A stretch of 48,052 bases of DNA from Thermoprotei archaeon. Lineage in GTDB: Archaea; Thermoproteota; Thermoprotei_A; EX4484-217-1. Shown here piece by piece: positions 1 to 7,848 of this stretch (its first letter is position 1; every line of letters starts with the position of its first letter). The notes beneath the pieces are model-generated. The model had not been told where the DNA came from and did not search any database. It worked only from the letters and a program-made list of their open reading frames with translations. The DNA is taken from NCBI GenBank assembly GCA_021158265.1, contig JAGGUY010000001.1, forward strand, positions 1 through 48,052, written 5' to 3'. Both the position numbers and the translations under genes were made by a program.

Positions 1-910
1 AAGCCTCATGAATTCTCCTAAGTTTTCCATCACCATGTCTTTCACTTAGCCATTTGAGCATAAGTGATGCCGCCTTAATTTCCCCTATAGGGTTTGCTAT
101 ACCTTTACCAGCAACGGTAACTGCTGTTCCATGTACTGGTTCGAAAGCTGCATAATTGTCGCCTATTTGTGCTGAACCGCAGAGACCCAGCCCCCCTACC
201 ACTCCCGCTACGAGATCTGAAAGTATGTCCCCGTAAAGATTGGGAGTGACCATTACGTCGAAAAGATGCGGTCTTTTTACAAGCTTATATGCTGCAGCAT
301 CAACTATTACTTCATCAGACTCTATGTTCGGGTATTCCCTAGCTATTTCGAAGAATATGTTTCTAAATAAACCATCCGATTCCTTCAAAATATTTGCTTT
401 ATGCACAACGGTAACTTTCTTCCTACCATATTTTCTAGCATATTCGAAAGCAAATCTAACTATTTTCTCAGTAGCCTCCCTAGTTATTATCCTATAGGTT
501 ACTGCTCCTTCGGGTATTTTCTCTTCAACACCAGAATATGCTCCTTCAGTATTTTCCCTAATAACAACAATGTCTAGTTCTTTAAGAGATATTCCTCTAT
601 AGCTTCTGAAGGGTCTAACGTTAGCATATAGACCAAGTTGCTTCCTTAACCACACATTCACGCTCCTATACGTTCCGGGGCCTAAAGGGGTAGCTATAGG
701 TCCTTTAATTAGGGCATGAGTTTTCCTGATAATGTCTAATGCTCCATCCTCTATGGTCTTTCCTGTTTCCTCATAGTATTTGAGGCCAGCATTTATCTTA
801 ATGTATTCAGCGTTAAAGCCTACTTCGTTCAGTAATCTTATTGCTTCTCTTACTATTTCAGGCCCTACACCATCTCCCTCAATAACAGCTACTTTGTACT
901 TTCCTCCCAT
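1..910 (-). CDS. leuB: 3-isopropylmalate / isocitrate / homoisocitrate dehydrogenase family, 3'-truncated by the window edge
   Basis: Not in the ORF track because there is no stop in the window. My reverse-strand translation starts at ATG complement(908..910): MGGKYKVAVIEGDGVGPEIV. In the same frame it contains NLYGDILSDLVAGVVGGLGL, the hallmark motif of beta-decarboxylating dehydrogenases. It lies directly downstream of leuD on the same strand. Confidence 0.85.
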   Translation of the reverse strand, partial: MGGKYKVAVIEGDGVGPEIVREAIRLLNEVGFNAEYIKINAGLKYYEETGKTIEDGALDIIRKTHALIKGPIATPLGPGTYRSVNVWLRKQLGLYANVRPFRSYRGISLKELDIVVIRENTEGAYSGVEEKIPEGAVTYRIITREATEKIVRFAFEYARKYGRKKVTVVHKANILKESDGLFRNIFFEIAREYPNIESDEVIVDAAAYKLVKRPHLFDVMVTPNLYGDILSDLVAGVVGGLGLCGSAQIGDNYAAFEPVHGTAVTVAGKGIANPIGEIKAASLMLKWLSERHGDGKLRRIHEA

Positions 911-1416
911 GGGAAAACACCATGTTTTCTGTAGTACTCTATTACGCCACCTTCAAGAACAATCTTCATGATTTCTCTGGGATACGGTTTAAACTTAAAC
1001 GTTAGGTTTTTACTTAAATTCTTAATTATGCCTTTCTCTAAATTAACTTCCATAATGTCTCCTTCATCTGTTTTATCATATACTTCCGGAGCTATAATTA
1101 CCGGTAGCCCTATGTTTATTGCGTTTCTGAAGAATATTCTAGCAAATGACTTAGCTACTACTGCTCCTACACCTGCAAGTTTAAGTAGTCTTGGTGCATG
1201 CTCTCTGCTTGACCCGTAACCGAAATTTCTACCTGCAACTATTATGTCTCCTTTCTTAACCTTCTTTGCGAATTCAGGGTTTAAGTCTATTAGAACATAC
1301 TGTACTAGTTCATTTAGATTTTGAGTTTTAAACTTGTATCTTCCAGGAATTATGTTATCCGTATTAACGTTATCTCCAAATTTCCAAACACGACCCCTAA
1401 TAACCATTTCTAACAT
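889..1416 (-). CDS. leuD: 3-isopropylmalate (or homoaconitate / methylmalate) dehydratase small subunit
   Basis: 175 aa, archaeal short LeuD type: VWKFGDNVNTDNIIPGRY, GRNFGYGSSREHAP. Adjacent to the large subunit. Confidence 0.85.
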   Translation of the reverse strand: MLEMVIRGRVWKFGDNVNTDNIIPGRYKFKTQNLNELVQYVLIDLNPEFAKKVKKGDIIVAGRNFGYGSSREHAPRLLKLAGVGAVVAKSFARIFFRNAINIGLPVIIAPEVYDKTDEGDIMEVNLEKGIIKNLSKNLTFKFKPYPREIMKIVLEGGVIEYYRKHGVFPWEESTK

Positions 1417-1431
1417 AACCCATAGATTGTT

Positions 1432-2691
1432 TTAGAAGAAATCTCTTGGATCAGAAAGTTTACCCTTAACCGCTGAAGCAGCTGCTGTAGCAGGTGAAAC
1501 CAAATATACTTTACTTGTTCTATCACCCATTCTTCCGGGGAAGTTTCTGTTAGATGTGGAAACAGCAATTTCTCCGGGTCCCAGGATACCCATGTGGGCT
1601 CCAACACATGGACCGCATGTTGGTGGACCTATTACACATCCTGCTTCTAAAAGTATGTTTGCAATACCGGACTTCAATATTTCACCATAAACTCTTTTTG
1701 ATGCTGGTATTGCTATGCATCTAACGTTTGGTGCGATCCTTTTTCCTTTAAGTATTTTTGCTGCAATATAGAAATCCTCGAATCTGCCATTAGTACATGA
1801 ACCTATAAATACTTGGTCTATTTCTAAGCCTTCAACTTCACTGATGGATTTCACATTATCTACGTTCGGAGGTACTGCAACTTGGGGTTCAAGATCCGTT
1901 ATGTCGTAATGTAGTGTTTCATAGTATTTTGTATCACTATCCGGTACTATCTTCTTTAATTCACCACTAACCCTGGGTTTGAGCCATTCAATAGTTTTCT
2001 CATCAACTGGTATTAGTCCGGCCTTAGCCCCCATTTCAACAACCATGTTTGTTAATGTCATTCTGGAATCAATGCTTAGCTCTTTAATTACTTTACCATG
2101 GAATTCTACTGCCATGTAATTTGCTCCATCGCTCCCTAAGGAACCTATTATATGCAATATTATGTCCTTACCCATTATCCATGGTTTCTTTTCTCCATCA
2201 ACAACTATCTTTAATGTTTCAGGAACCCTTAACCAAATCTTACCCGTAACCATCGCTATGGCGGCGTCTGTGCTTCCAACACCTGTAGCGAAAGCGCCGA
2301 AAGCACCGTGAGTTACTGTGTGGGAATCAGCTCCAATAACGACCATTCCAGGTTTTATGTGTCCGTTTTCCGGAAGTATTTGGTGGCATATGCCGTTTCC
2401 TACATCGTAAATTCTTATTCCATGTTTCTTAGCGAAAGCCCTCATAGTTTTATGAACTATTGACATACCAACTGCTGGGCTTGGTGCAGCATGGTCTATT
2501 ATGAAAACTACTTTGTTTTTATCGAATATTTTCTCTCTTTTCAGCTCTTCCTTCATAACATCTATTGCTAATAATGCTGTTCCATCATGCGCAAAAACAA
2601 GATCTACGTTCGCTATGATGAATTCTCCTGGTGAAACATTTTTTCCCGCAGCATGGGAAAGTATTTTCTCAGCCATTGTTTGTCCTGACAT
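1432..2691 (-). CDS. leuC: 3-isopropylmalate (or homoaconitate) dehydratase large subunit, aconitase family
   Basis: 419 aa. Aconitase-family Fe-S cluster motifs: IGADSHT, GSCTNGR, PTCGPCVG. Starts MAEKILS-like. Confidence 0.9.
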   Translation of the reverse strand: MSGQTMAEKILSHAAGKNVSPGEFIIANVDLVFAHDGTALLAIDVMKEELKREKIFDKNKVVFIIDHAAPSPAVGMSIVHKTMRAFAKKHGIRIYDVGNGICHQILPENGHIKPGMVVIGADSHTVTHGAFGAFATGVGSTDAAIAMVTGKIWLRVPETLKIVVDGEKKPWIMGKDIILHIIGSLGSDGANYMAVEFHGKVIKELSIDSRMTLTNMVVEMGAKAGLIPVDEKTIEWLKPRVSGELKKIVPDSDTKYYETLHYDITDLEPQVAVPPNVDNVKSISEVEGLEIDQVFIGSCTNGRFEDFYIAAKILKGKRIAPNVRCIAIPASKRVYGEILKSGIANILLEAGCVIGPPTCGPCVGAHMGILGPGEIAVSTSNRNFPGRMGDRTSKVYLVSPATAAASAVKGKLSDPRDFF

Positions 2692-4024
2692 TTTCTACGA
2701 GTCCTCTTAAATGCGCTGGTAAGCGGCTTCTGTATTTCTCAACAATTTCTGGTATATGTTTTTTAACTAACATGAACATTTCAATATCGGTTAAAGGCAT
2801 AGTTCTACCAGTCTTAAATATTTCGAGAATTTCCTCGTAAAGCTTGTTGAGTCTCGGATCATTCTTCAAACTAATCCATCCGTTAGATCCGAAAACAGAG
2901 GTTAGCCAATACATGATACCTGCTCTACCAGAATACGGTGTTATAGCTATAGTGTATGGTACACCTAGGACAGCGTTAGGATCGTATGGTAGGTATACCT
3001 GCGGATTCTTCATTAACCCGTCAATATGTATTCCAGCCTTAGTCCTAAAAGCATTAGCTCCAACTATTGGCTGAAACTCTGGAACATAGTATCCTATTTC
3101 TTCGAAGAACTTCTTGATTTTAGGTAGTACTTTTAAGTTCATACCGTCAGTTGTACCTTTAAGTTGTATGTAAAGTAAAGCCATAGCTTCTAACGGGCAA
3201 TTACCTGCTCTTTCACCTATCCCCAGGAGTGTACAGTTAGATAGTGATGCTCCAGCGAGCCACGCGGCCAAATGATTAGCTACAACAAGGTGGAAATCGT
3301 TATGTCCGTGGAATTCTATTTGCGAACTCGGAACACCTGCATCTTCTATTAAAGCCCTTATTATCCTAGGTATGCTTCTAGGTAAAGGTGCGTTTTCAAA
3401 AGGTAAACCAACACCTAACGTATCCGCTACCTTAATTATTACTTTCGAACCATATTTTTCAGCTAACCTTAACACTTTCCTTACGAAGGGAATTACGAAA
3501 CCGTAAATATCGGAGCGTGTAATATCCTCTAAAGTCATTCTAACTGTGAGACCTGATTTTAAAGCTTCCTCAATAACGGAGAGGAATTTTTCTTCAGCTC
3601 TCCTCCTATCTAAACGAAGCTTATAGTAAATATGGTAATCGGAAACTGAAGTTAAAATAACTGCTTCATCAAATTTGGCTTCCCAAACAAGTTTCAAATC
3701 GTTAAATGTTGCTCTTATCCAGGCAATAGGTTTGGGATAATCATAACCTAAATCCTTAATTCTACGAGCAATTTCCCTATCCTTATTTGTGTAAAGGAAG
3801 ATTTCAGAGCTATAAACAACACCTTTAGGTCCGCTAAGCTCATGAAGTAGCTCATAGATTTTAAGAGATTCTTCAACAGTAAATGGTCTCCAACCTTGCT
3901 GACCATCTCTTAAAGTAGTATCTGTAATGCGTATTTCATGTTTCAAAGCTTCAGTGCTAAATCTTGGAGGGAGCTTGAAGGGAAACAGATCTTCGAAGAG
4001 AACAGGGTTTTCGCCCATTAACAT
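2669..4024 (-). CDS. DRE-TIM 2-oxoacid:acetyl-CoA condensing enzyme (isopropylmalate / homocitrate / citramalate / Re-citrate synthase family); substrate unresolved
   Basis: 451 aa. Motifs ITDTTLRDGQQ, EFHGHNDFHLVVAN, GIGERAGNCPLE. No long C-terminal LeuA regulatory domain is apparent. First gene of the four-gene minus-strand cluster. Confidence 0.8.
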   Translation of the reverse strand: MLMGENPVLFEDLFPFKLPPRFSTEALKHEIRITDTTLRDGQQGWRPFTVEESLKIYELLHELSGPKGVVYSSEIFLYTNKDREIARRIKDLGYDYPKPIAWIRATFNDLKLVWEAKFDEAVILTSVSDYHIYYKLRLDRRRAEEKFLSVIEEALKSGLTVRMTLEDITRSDIYGFVIPFVRKVLRLAEKYGSKVIIKVADTLGVGLPFENAPLPRSIPRIIRALIEDAGVPSSQIEFHGHNDFHLVVANHLAAWLAGASLSNCTLLGIGERAGNCPLEAMALLYIQLKGTTDGMNLKVLPKIKKFFEEIGYYVPEFQPIVGANAFRTKAGIHIDGLMKNPQVYLPYDPNAVLGVPYTIAITPYSGRAGIMYWLTSVFGSNGWISLKNDPRLNKLYEEILEIFKTGRTMPLTDIEMFMLVKKHIPEIVEKYRSRLPAHLRGLVENVRTNNG

Positions 4025-4169
4025 CAGCGCCTCATGTTCTTGTGAAATGCTGGCCTATGAAGTATACTTAAGCTTTTCGAGAAATACAATGTACGATAAA
4101 CAGTACTTTTAAAGTGCGAAAAACGTACTTATAGATGCTCTAACGGTAAGAATAAATACTCTATTTAGC

Positions 4170-4802
4170 TCATGTTCCAAGTAGTGTTATTATAAAATAT
4201 GTTATTGATGAAATTAGCGGTACCGAAATATTGTCGTCAATAGTCCCTTGTCTTTCAAAAAGTGTGGCTAGAACTGCTAAAATTATTCCTATAGTGCCTA
4301 CTAGAATATAGCCTATTATAACTGTTGAAACGAGCATAGCTAAGCTTCCTATCCAATGCTTGCATCTCCTTTTACAAACCCTTGATCTCACAATACCTGT
4401 TATAGCATCGCCTACAGCCATGAAAAGCATTATTGCTGCACCAACATTTCTAGCATGCCAAAATATTAAGGAGAGTATGGCAAAACTTATTGTAAAGTAT
4501 ACTTCGCCTAGATTGTTTTCAAACTGAAACCAACCCATAATACTTCGTTTTACATGGTGAATGAGAAGAAGTACTGTAATAATTAGGCTGTACACAAAGA
4601 AGGCATAGGGTTCCCTGAAGATGTAAAGGTACATTAGTATTGCTGGTGTAGCTGATAAATGAATTATCTTCCTATTGACCCAAGGATTACTTAGCTTTTT
4701 AGTACCTAAGACAGCAGCACATATAACTATAGCTGCAGGAATAGCCACTACAAAATCATATATGAAGTCATGTATGTAAAATGGGGGCAAAGTAAAGTTC
4801 AT
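4170..4802 (-). CDS. polytopic membrane protein, possibly a CTP-dependent polyprenol (dolichol/phytol) kinase-like cytidylyltransferase-family protein
   Basis: 210 aa with about 6 hydrophobic segments. The AVGDAITGIVRS and ERQGTIDDNISVP segments resemble the family motifs, but the functional call is weak. Confidence 0.45.
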   Translation of the reverse strand: MNFTLPPFYIHDFIYDFVVAIPAAIVICAAVLGTKKLSNPWVNRKIIHLSATPAILMYLYIFREPYAFFVYSLIITVLLLIHHVKRSIMGWFQFENNLGEVYFTISFAILSLIFWHARNVGAAIMLFMAVGDAITGIVRSRVCKRRCKHWIGSLAMLVSTVIIGYILVGTIGIILAVLATLFERQGTIDDNISVPLISSITYFIITLLGT

Positions 4803-5090
4803 TTAAAACCACTAAAAACATTTAAAAACAAAGCCTTTTATAAACCTTACATTCAAAACATAGCTTTCTGTTTAAACGTTCAAACATCCGATCATAGTTT
4901 TCATTAACCATTTAAACCTTCAATACAAGTTCTATTTAGAACCATGGACCATGGCTATAGAGACTATTTAGTGAGTAATGGTGTTTCGGTTTCTTTAGCT
5001 ACTGAAGCAGAAACATTGAACTGTAGCTTTTCATATTGTTCTACTTTAGGCAATAATGTTTACAGTGTGGTGTGCTAATGTTTTTCATGA

Positions 5091-5265
5091 GTATGCGGGG
5101 TGGTAGGGGCTTTGCTTCAAGCCCCGCTGGATATAACGTAGATGGGAGCCTTGTGCCGTTGGGCTCGACCCTCACCCATGAACCTACGGGATGAACATCC
5201 TGGGGTGAGCCCTCCGGGCAAGGCGGGAACCAATGAAAACCCTATCACAATGAAACAAAAATATA
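5091..5265 (+). ncRNA. candidate structured RNA or RNA-like element, copy A of an unassigned paralogous pair (partner at 20410-20600, opposite strand)
   Basis: About 61% G+C by hand count over 5091-5230, against flanks of roughly 20-30% G+C. Three predicted hairpins (5095-5127, 5142-5179, 5183-5219) plus a terminal pairing GGUAGGG(5102-5108)/CCCUAUC(5240-5246) followed by ACA. Alignable along its length to the reverse complement of 20410-20600. Confidence 0.45.
5141..5184 (+). repeat. near-identical core of the inverted repeat pair (partner 20499-20543)
   Basis: gatgggagccttgtgccgttgggctcgaccctcacccatgaacc compared with the reverse complement of 20499-20543: 43 of 44 aligned bases identical, plus one single-base indel. 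Confidence 0.9.
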
Positions 5266-5571
5266 TGGAGCGATACGGTTTAAGGAAGCGGATACTTAGC
5301 ATTACTCTGGCTCTATTATTATGATTACCTTTGCTCTCCTTCCATGGTGTTTCTTTAGTTTTTCTTGAAGCTAAGCTTATTAAATTTGCCTCACAAACCT
5401 ACTCTACTTAGGAGCTGGGGGAATGAGGATAGAGGAACTATTTCTGGTTTTTGGGTCTCTATAGGTTTTTGCATGTTTCTTCTTGTTTTGAATGGTATTG
5501 GGTATGCTGATGTTGTGTGTCTTGAGGCGTGCTCGGTAAACTTATAGGTTCATAGTGCTTATGAGCTTATT

Positions 5572-5703
5572 GGCGACCCCTGGTTTCCGATACCCGCTCT
5601 ACTTAGCCGGGAAAAACCGTAATGAACCACCCTACGAAAACCGTAGGCGGGGAACAGTTAGAGTGGTCGCTAGAGTCTAGAGTTCGCCTCTTTATATGTT
5701 TTT
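5572..5703 (+). ncRNA. candidate small structured RNA, family unassigned
   Basis: G+C-rich island. Nested pairings: GCGACC(5573-5578)/GGUCGC(5665-5670), CCCGC(5593-5597)/GCGGG(5647-5651), and hairpin CUACG-aaaac-CGUAG (5632-5646). A TATA-like cttata lies at about 5541-5546, roughly 26 nt upstream. A T5 run at 5698-5703 lies downstream. Strand and ends are inferred only. Confidence 0.3.
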
Positions 5704-5940
5704 GGTCATCGGCTCATCCCTTTTAGTCCGCTTTTCGGTCAGGGTTTCATCCGTCATCAAGGCGAATGCCCCCAACTCCCAGCCAACCAGAGATGTGGGG
5801 CACTGTGGTTCGATGGATGCTCCGAAGGCCCCCGATCCAGATGCAAACCCAAGAAGGAATGAAGGGAAAGCCTGAGCCTACACTAATCATAAGCAGCCCA
5901 GGTAGCTAAAATATCTAAACTAACGGGCACGGGCAACCAC
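5704..5940. other. second G+C-rich structured island, strand and identity unassigned
   Basis: Local stems include GCCCC(5768-5772)/GGGGC(5797-5801), GGAU/AUCC around a CCGAAGG segment (about 5813-5847), and GUUCGCC(5683-5689)/GGCGAAU(5761-5767). No long ORF. The TATA-like element at 5955-5966 could drive the minus strand, and the T5 run within it could terminate the plus strand. Confidence 0.3.
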
Positions 5941-5954
5941 GTAATGATAAACAA

Positions 5955-5966
5955 CTTTTTATAAAT
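5955..5966 (+). promoter_or_regulatory. TATA-box candidate for the cysteine synthase gene
   Basis: ctttttataaat lies about 55-65 nt upstream of ATG 6021. A GGGGGTG Shine-Dalgarno-like element is at about 6003-6009. Confidence 0.4.
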
Positions 5967-6020
5967 CTTTATCCTCTAGAAGGATTGTAGATTCTGAAGG
6001 AAGGGGGTGTCTGTTCGTAA

Positions 6021-7037
6021 ATGTCGCTTCGTGTAGCTAATAATGTGCTTGAGCTTATAGGAAATACGCCAATGGTTAGATTAGCGAAAATAGATAAGAA
6101 CTATCCATTCGAAATATGGGCGAAATGCGAATTCATGAACCCAACTGGTAGTGTAAAGGATAGAATGGCCTACTATATAATTAAGGAAGCTGAAAAACAA
6201 GGTAAACTGAAACCCGGAATGACTATTTTAGTGCCAACAACAGGTAATACAGGAATAGCCTTTGCAGGATTAGGCGCATATATGGGCTACAAAATAGTAA
6301 TCGTAATGCCTGTGGAAATGAGCTACGAAAGAAAACTTCTCGACATGCTTTACGGCGCCGAACTAATCTACACTCCGGGGGGAGAAAGCGATGCTATGGG
6401 CGCCCTAGAATACGCTAGAAAACTAGCTAGAGAAAACCCCGAAAAATACTTCGTAGCGGAGCAATGGGATGACGAAGCCAACGTTAAAGGACATTACGAA
6501 ACAACGGGTAAGGAAATAATAGAACAGCTTGATCCAAAAGAAATAAGATTGTTTACAGCAGGCATAGGTACCGGAGGAACACTTGTAGGCGTAGGTAAAA
6601 GGCTCAAAGAAGCAAACCCGAACATTAAAGTTGTAGCTATGGAACCTGCTGAATGCCCAACAGCAGCATACTGGTTCTGGAAGAAAGGGAAGGCTTGGGG
6701 AAGACATGAAATAGAAGGTATAGGCGACGGATTCGTTCCAGTAATAATACAAAACCATGTAGACGTAATTGACGACTTCGTTCTTGTAAGTAGTGACGAA
6801 GCCATAGAAATGGCAAGGAAAATAGCTAGACTAGAAGGATTAGCCGTAGGTATATCGTCTGGAGCGAACGTCGTAGCAGCAATTAAAGCCGCAGAAAAAT
6901 TCAACATAAAAGACGGTAAAGTAGTAACAATGCTACCAGACTATGCTGCAAGATATTTCAGCACAAGACTCTTCCTTAAGAGAAGACTTACACCAGAAGA
7001 ACATAGAAGAATGCTTGAACTTGCACGTACGGACTAA
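6021..7037 (+). CDS. cysK: PLP-dependent cysteine synthase / O-acetyl(phospho)serine sulfhydrylase (fold type II)
   Basis: 338 aa. PLP-lysine motif NPTGSVKDRMA, glycine loop GIGTGGTLVG, and SSGANV. Confidence 0.85.
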   Translation: MSLRVANNVLELIGNTPMVRLAKIDKNYPFEIWAKCEFMNPTGSVKDRMAYYIIKEAEKQGKLKPGMTILVPTTGNTGIAFAGLGAYMGYKIVIVMPVEMSYERKLLDMLYGAELIYTPGGESDAMGALEYARKLARENPEKYFVAEQWDDEANVKGHYETTGKEIIEQLDPKEIRLFTAGIGTGGTLVGVGKRLKEANPNIKVVAMEPAECPTAAYWFWKKGKAWGRHEIEGIGDGFVPVIIQNHVDVIDDFVLVSSDEAIEMARKIARLEGLAVGISSGANVVAAIKAAEKFNIKDGKVVTMLPDYAARYFSTRLFLKRRLTPEEHRRMLELARTD

Positions 7038-7146
7038 ACAAACATTTTTCTCTCTTATTAATAAAGTTGATGTTTAATAGGCTTTCGATTTTAAGAAACC
7101 ATTTATAAGGTACTGTGTGCTCTAATTTTACTTGTGTAATATAGCC

Positions 7147-7848
7147 ATGGTAAAAAATCTTAAAATATATGTTGTTGTAGATAATGAAGGATATCCTGGA
7201 TTTCTGAATGACTGGGGATTAAGTATTTACTTAGTGACAGAATATTGGAGAGCTCTTTTTGACGCCAATACAAACCCATTAGTCCTCCAGTATAACCTAG
7301 AAAGGCTAGGGTTAAAACTGGAGGATCTTGACTTTGCGGTTTTAAGCCACCATCATAGAGACCATTACGGTGGATTTACATTAGTTGGTCTTAAAAAACC
7401 TTATCTTAAAGTCTTCACGCCGCCTGGAGGAGAGTATCTTAAAAGAGCCGGGCTCAGACCTATCATCATCAGAGAAACGGAAAGGGTAGCTCATGACGCT
7501 TACGTAATAAGTCCTTTGAAAGCCTGGGAGAACTTCTACGAAACATCATTAGCGGTTAAAGTTGAAGATAAGGGATTAGTGCTTTTAGTAGGGTGCTCTC
7601 ATCCAGGGGTGGTGAATATTGCTAGAAAGGCGCTTGAAGAACTTATGATGGAAAAACTTTTTCTAATTATAGGGGGTTTTCATGGACCACCGCCTTACAC
7701 TATAGATGAGTTAGCTAAATTTACAGATAAGATATGTCCAGCACACTGCAGCGGACTAGAAATTAAGGAGTATATTCAGTCAAAGTATCCTGAAAAGTAT
7801 TGTAAAGTTAGAACTGGAAAGGTAATAGACGTTAAAGATTTATCCTAA
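7147..7848 (+). CDS. MBL-fold metallo-hydrolase, COG1237 / MJ0301-like family
   Basis: HHHRDHYGG (HxHxDH) metal motif, N-terminal IYVVVDNEG and CSHPG. ORF-track start is TTG 7132; ATG 7147 (MVKNLKIY) is the more likely start. Confidence 0.75.
   Translation: MVKNLKIYVVVDNEGYPGFLNDWGLSIYLVTEYWRALFDANTNPLVLQYNLERLGLKLEDLDFAVLSHHHRDHYGGFTLVGLKKPYLKVFTPPGGEYLKRAGLRPIIIRETERVAHDAYVISPLKAWENFYETSLAVKVEDKGLVLLVGCSHPGVVNIARKALEELMMEKLFLIIGGFHGPPPYTIDELAKFTDKICPAHCSGLEIKEYIQSKYPEKYCKVRTGKVIDVKDLS

Noticed and set aside
1410-1607. 65-aa minus-strand ORF overlapping the 3' end of leuC in another frame.
   Set aside because: It lies almost entirely within leuC, a well-supported gene with conserved motifs in a different frame, extending only ~20 nt past its stop. 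It has no motif of its own.
4925-4960. Tandem ACCATGG-ACCATGG and nearby short inverted repeats (GTTTCT...AGAAAC at about 4988-5015) upstream of copy A.
   Set aside because: Only two copies of a 7-mer and a 6-bp stem, with no similar sequence near copy B. There is insufficient evidence for function.
5117-5324. ORF-track ORFs 5117..5302 (-) and 5142..5324 (+) over copy A. Also ORFs 20421..20609 (+) and 20504..20737 (+) and the first 52 codons of 19589..20542 (-), all over copy B.
   Set aside because: They overlap each other on both strands inside G+C-rich islands. The two homologous ATG-initiated frames diverge completely after a 1-nt indel while the nucleotide sequence stays conserved. This is the signature of spurious ORFs over structured non-coding sequence.
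5365-5547. 60-aa ORF (TTG start) in the non-coding gap.
   Set aside because: Short, with a non-ATG start, no SD or TATA context that I could see, and no recognisable motif. Cys- and Trp-containing low-complexity composition is typical of random ORFs.
5060-5940. The G+C-rich islands as tRNA (including split or intron-containing), 5S rRNA, RNase P RNA, SRP RNA, or an ORF-less group II intron.
   Set aside because: None of these features is present in the right arrangement on either strand: a tRNA cloverleaf or T-arm (GGTTCGAATCC-like), RNase P CR-I/CR-IV/CR-V, the SRP helix-8 GGAA/AGCA motif, or group II domain V. GTGTG at about 5065 and GGGAAAGCC at about 5863 are isolated partial matches. A covariance-model search is still needed.
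6423-6907. Antisense ORFs inside the cysteine synthase gene (6423..6758, 6494..6907). Similar antisense or overlapping ORFs occur at 240..497, 968..1219, 8289..8849, 9362..9842, 12000..12962, 15967..16179, 18566..19003, 19097..19477, 24672..25052, 26872..27195, 28405..28701, 35170..36321, 39713..40918, 41635..43343 and elsewhere.
   Set aside because: Each lies opposite or out of frame within a gene that has strong family motifs. They show low-complexity or Ser/Pro/Thr-rich mirror composition and no motifs.
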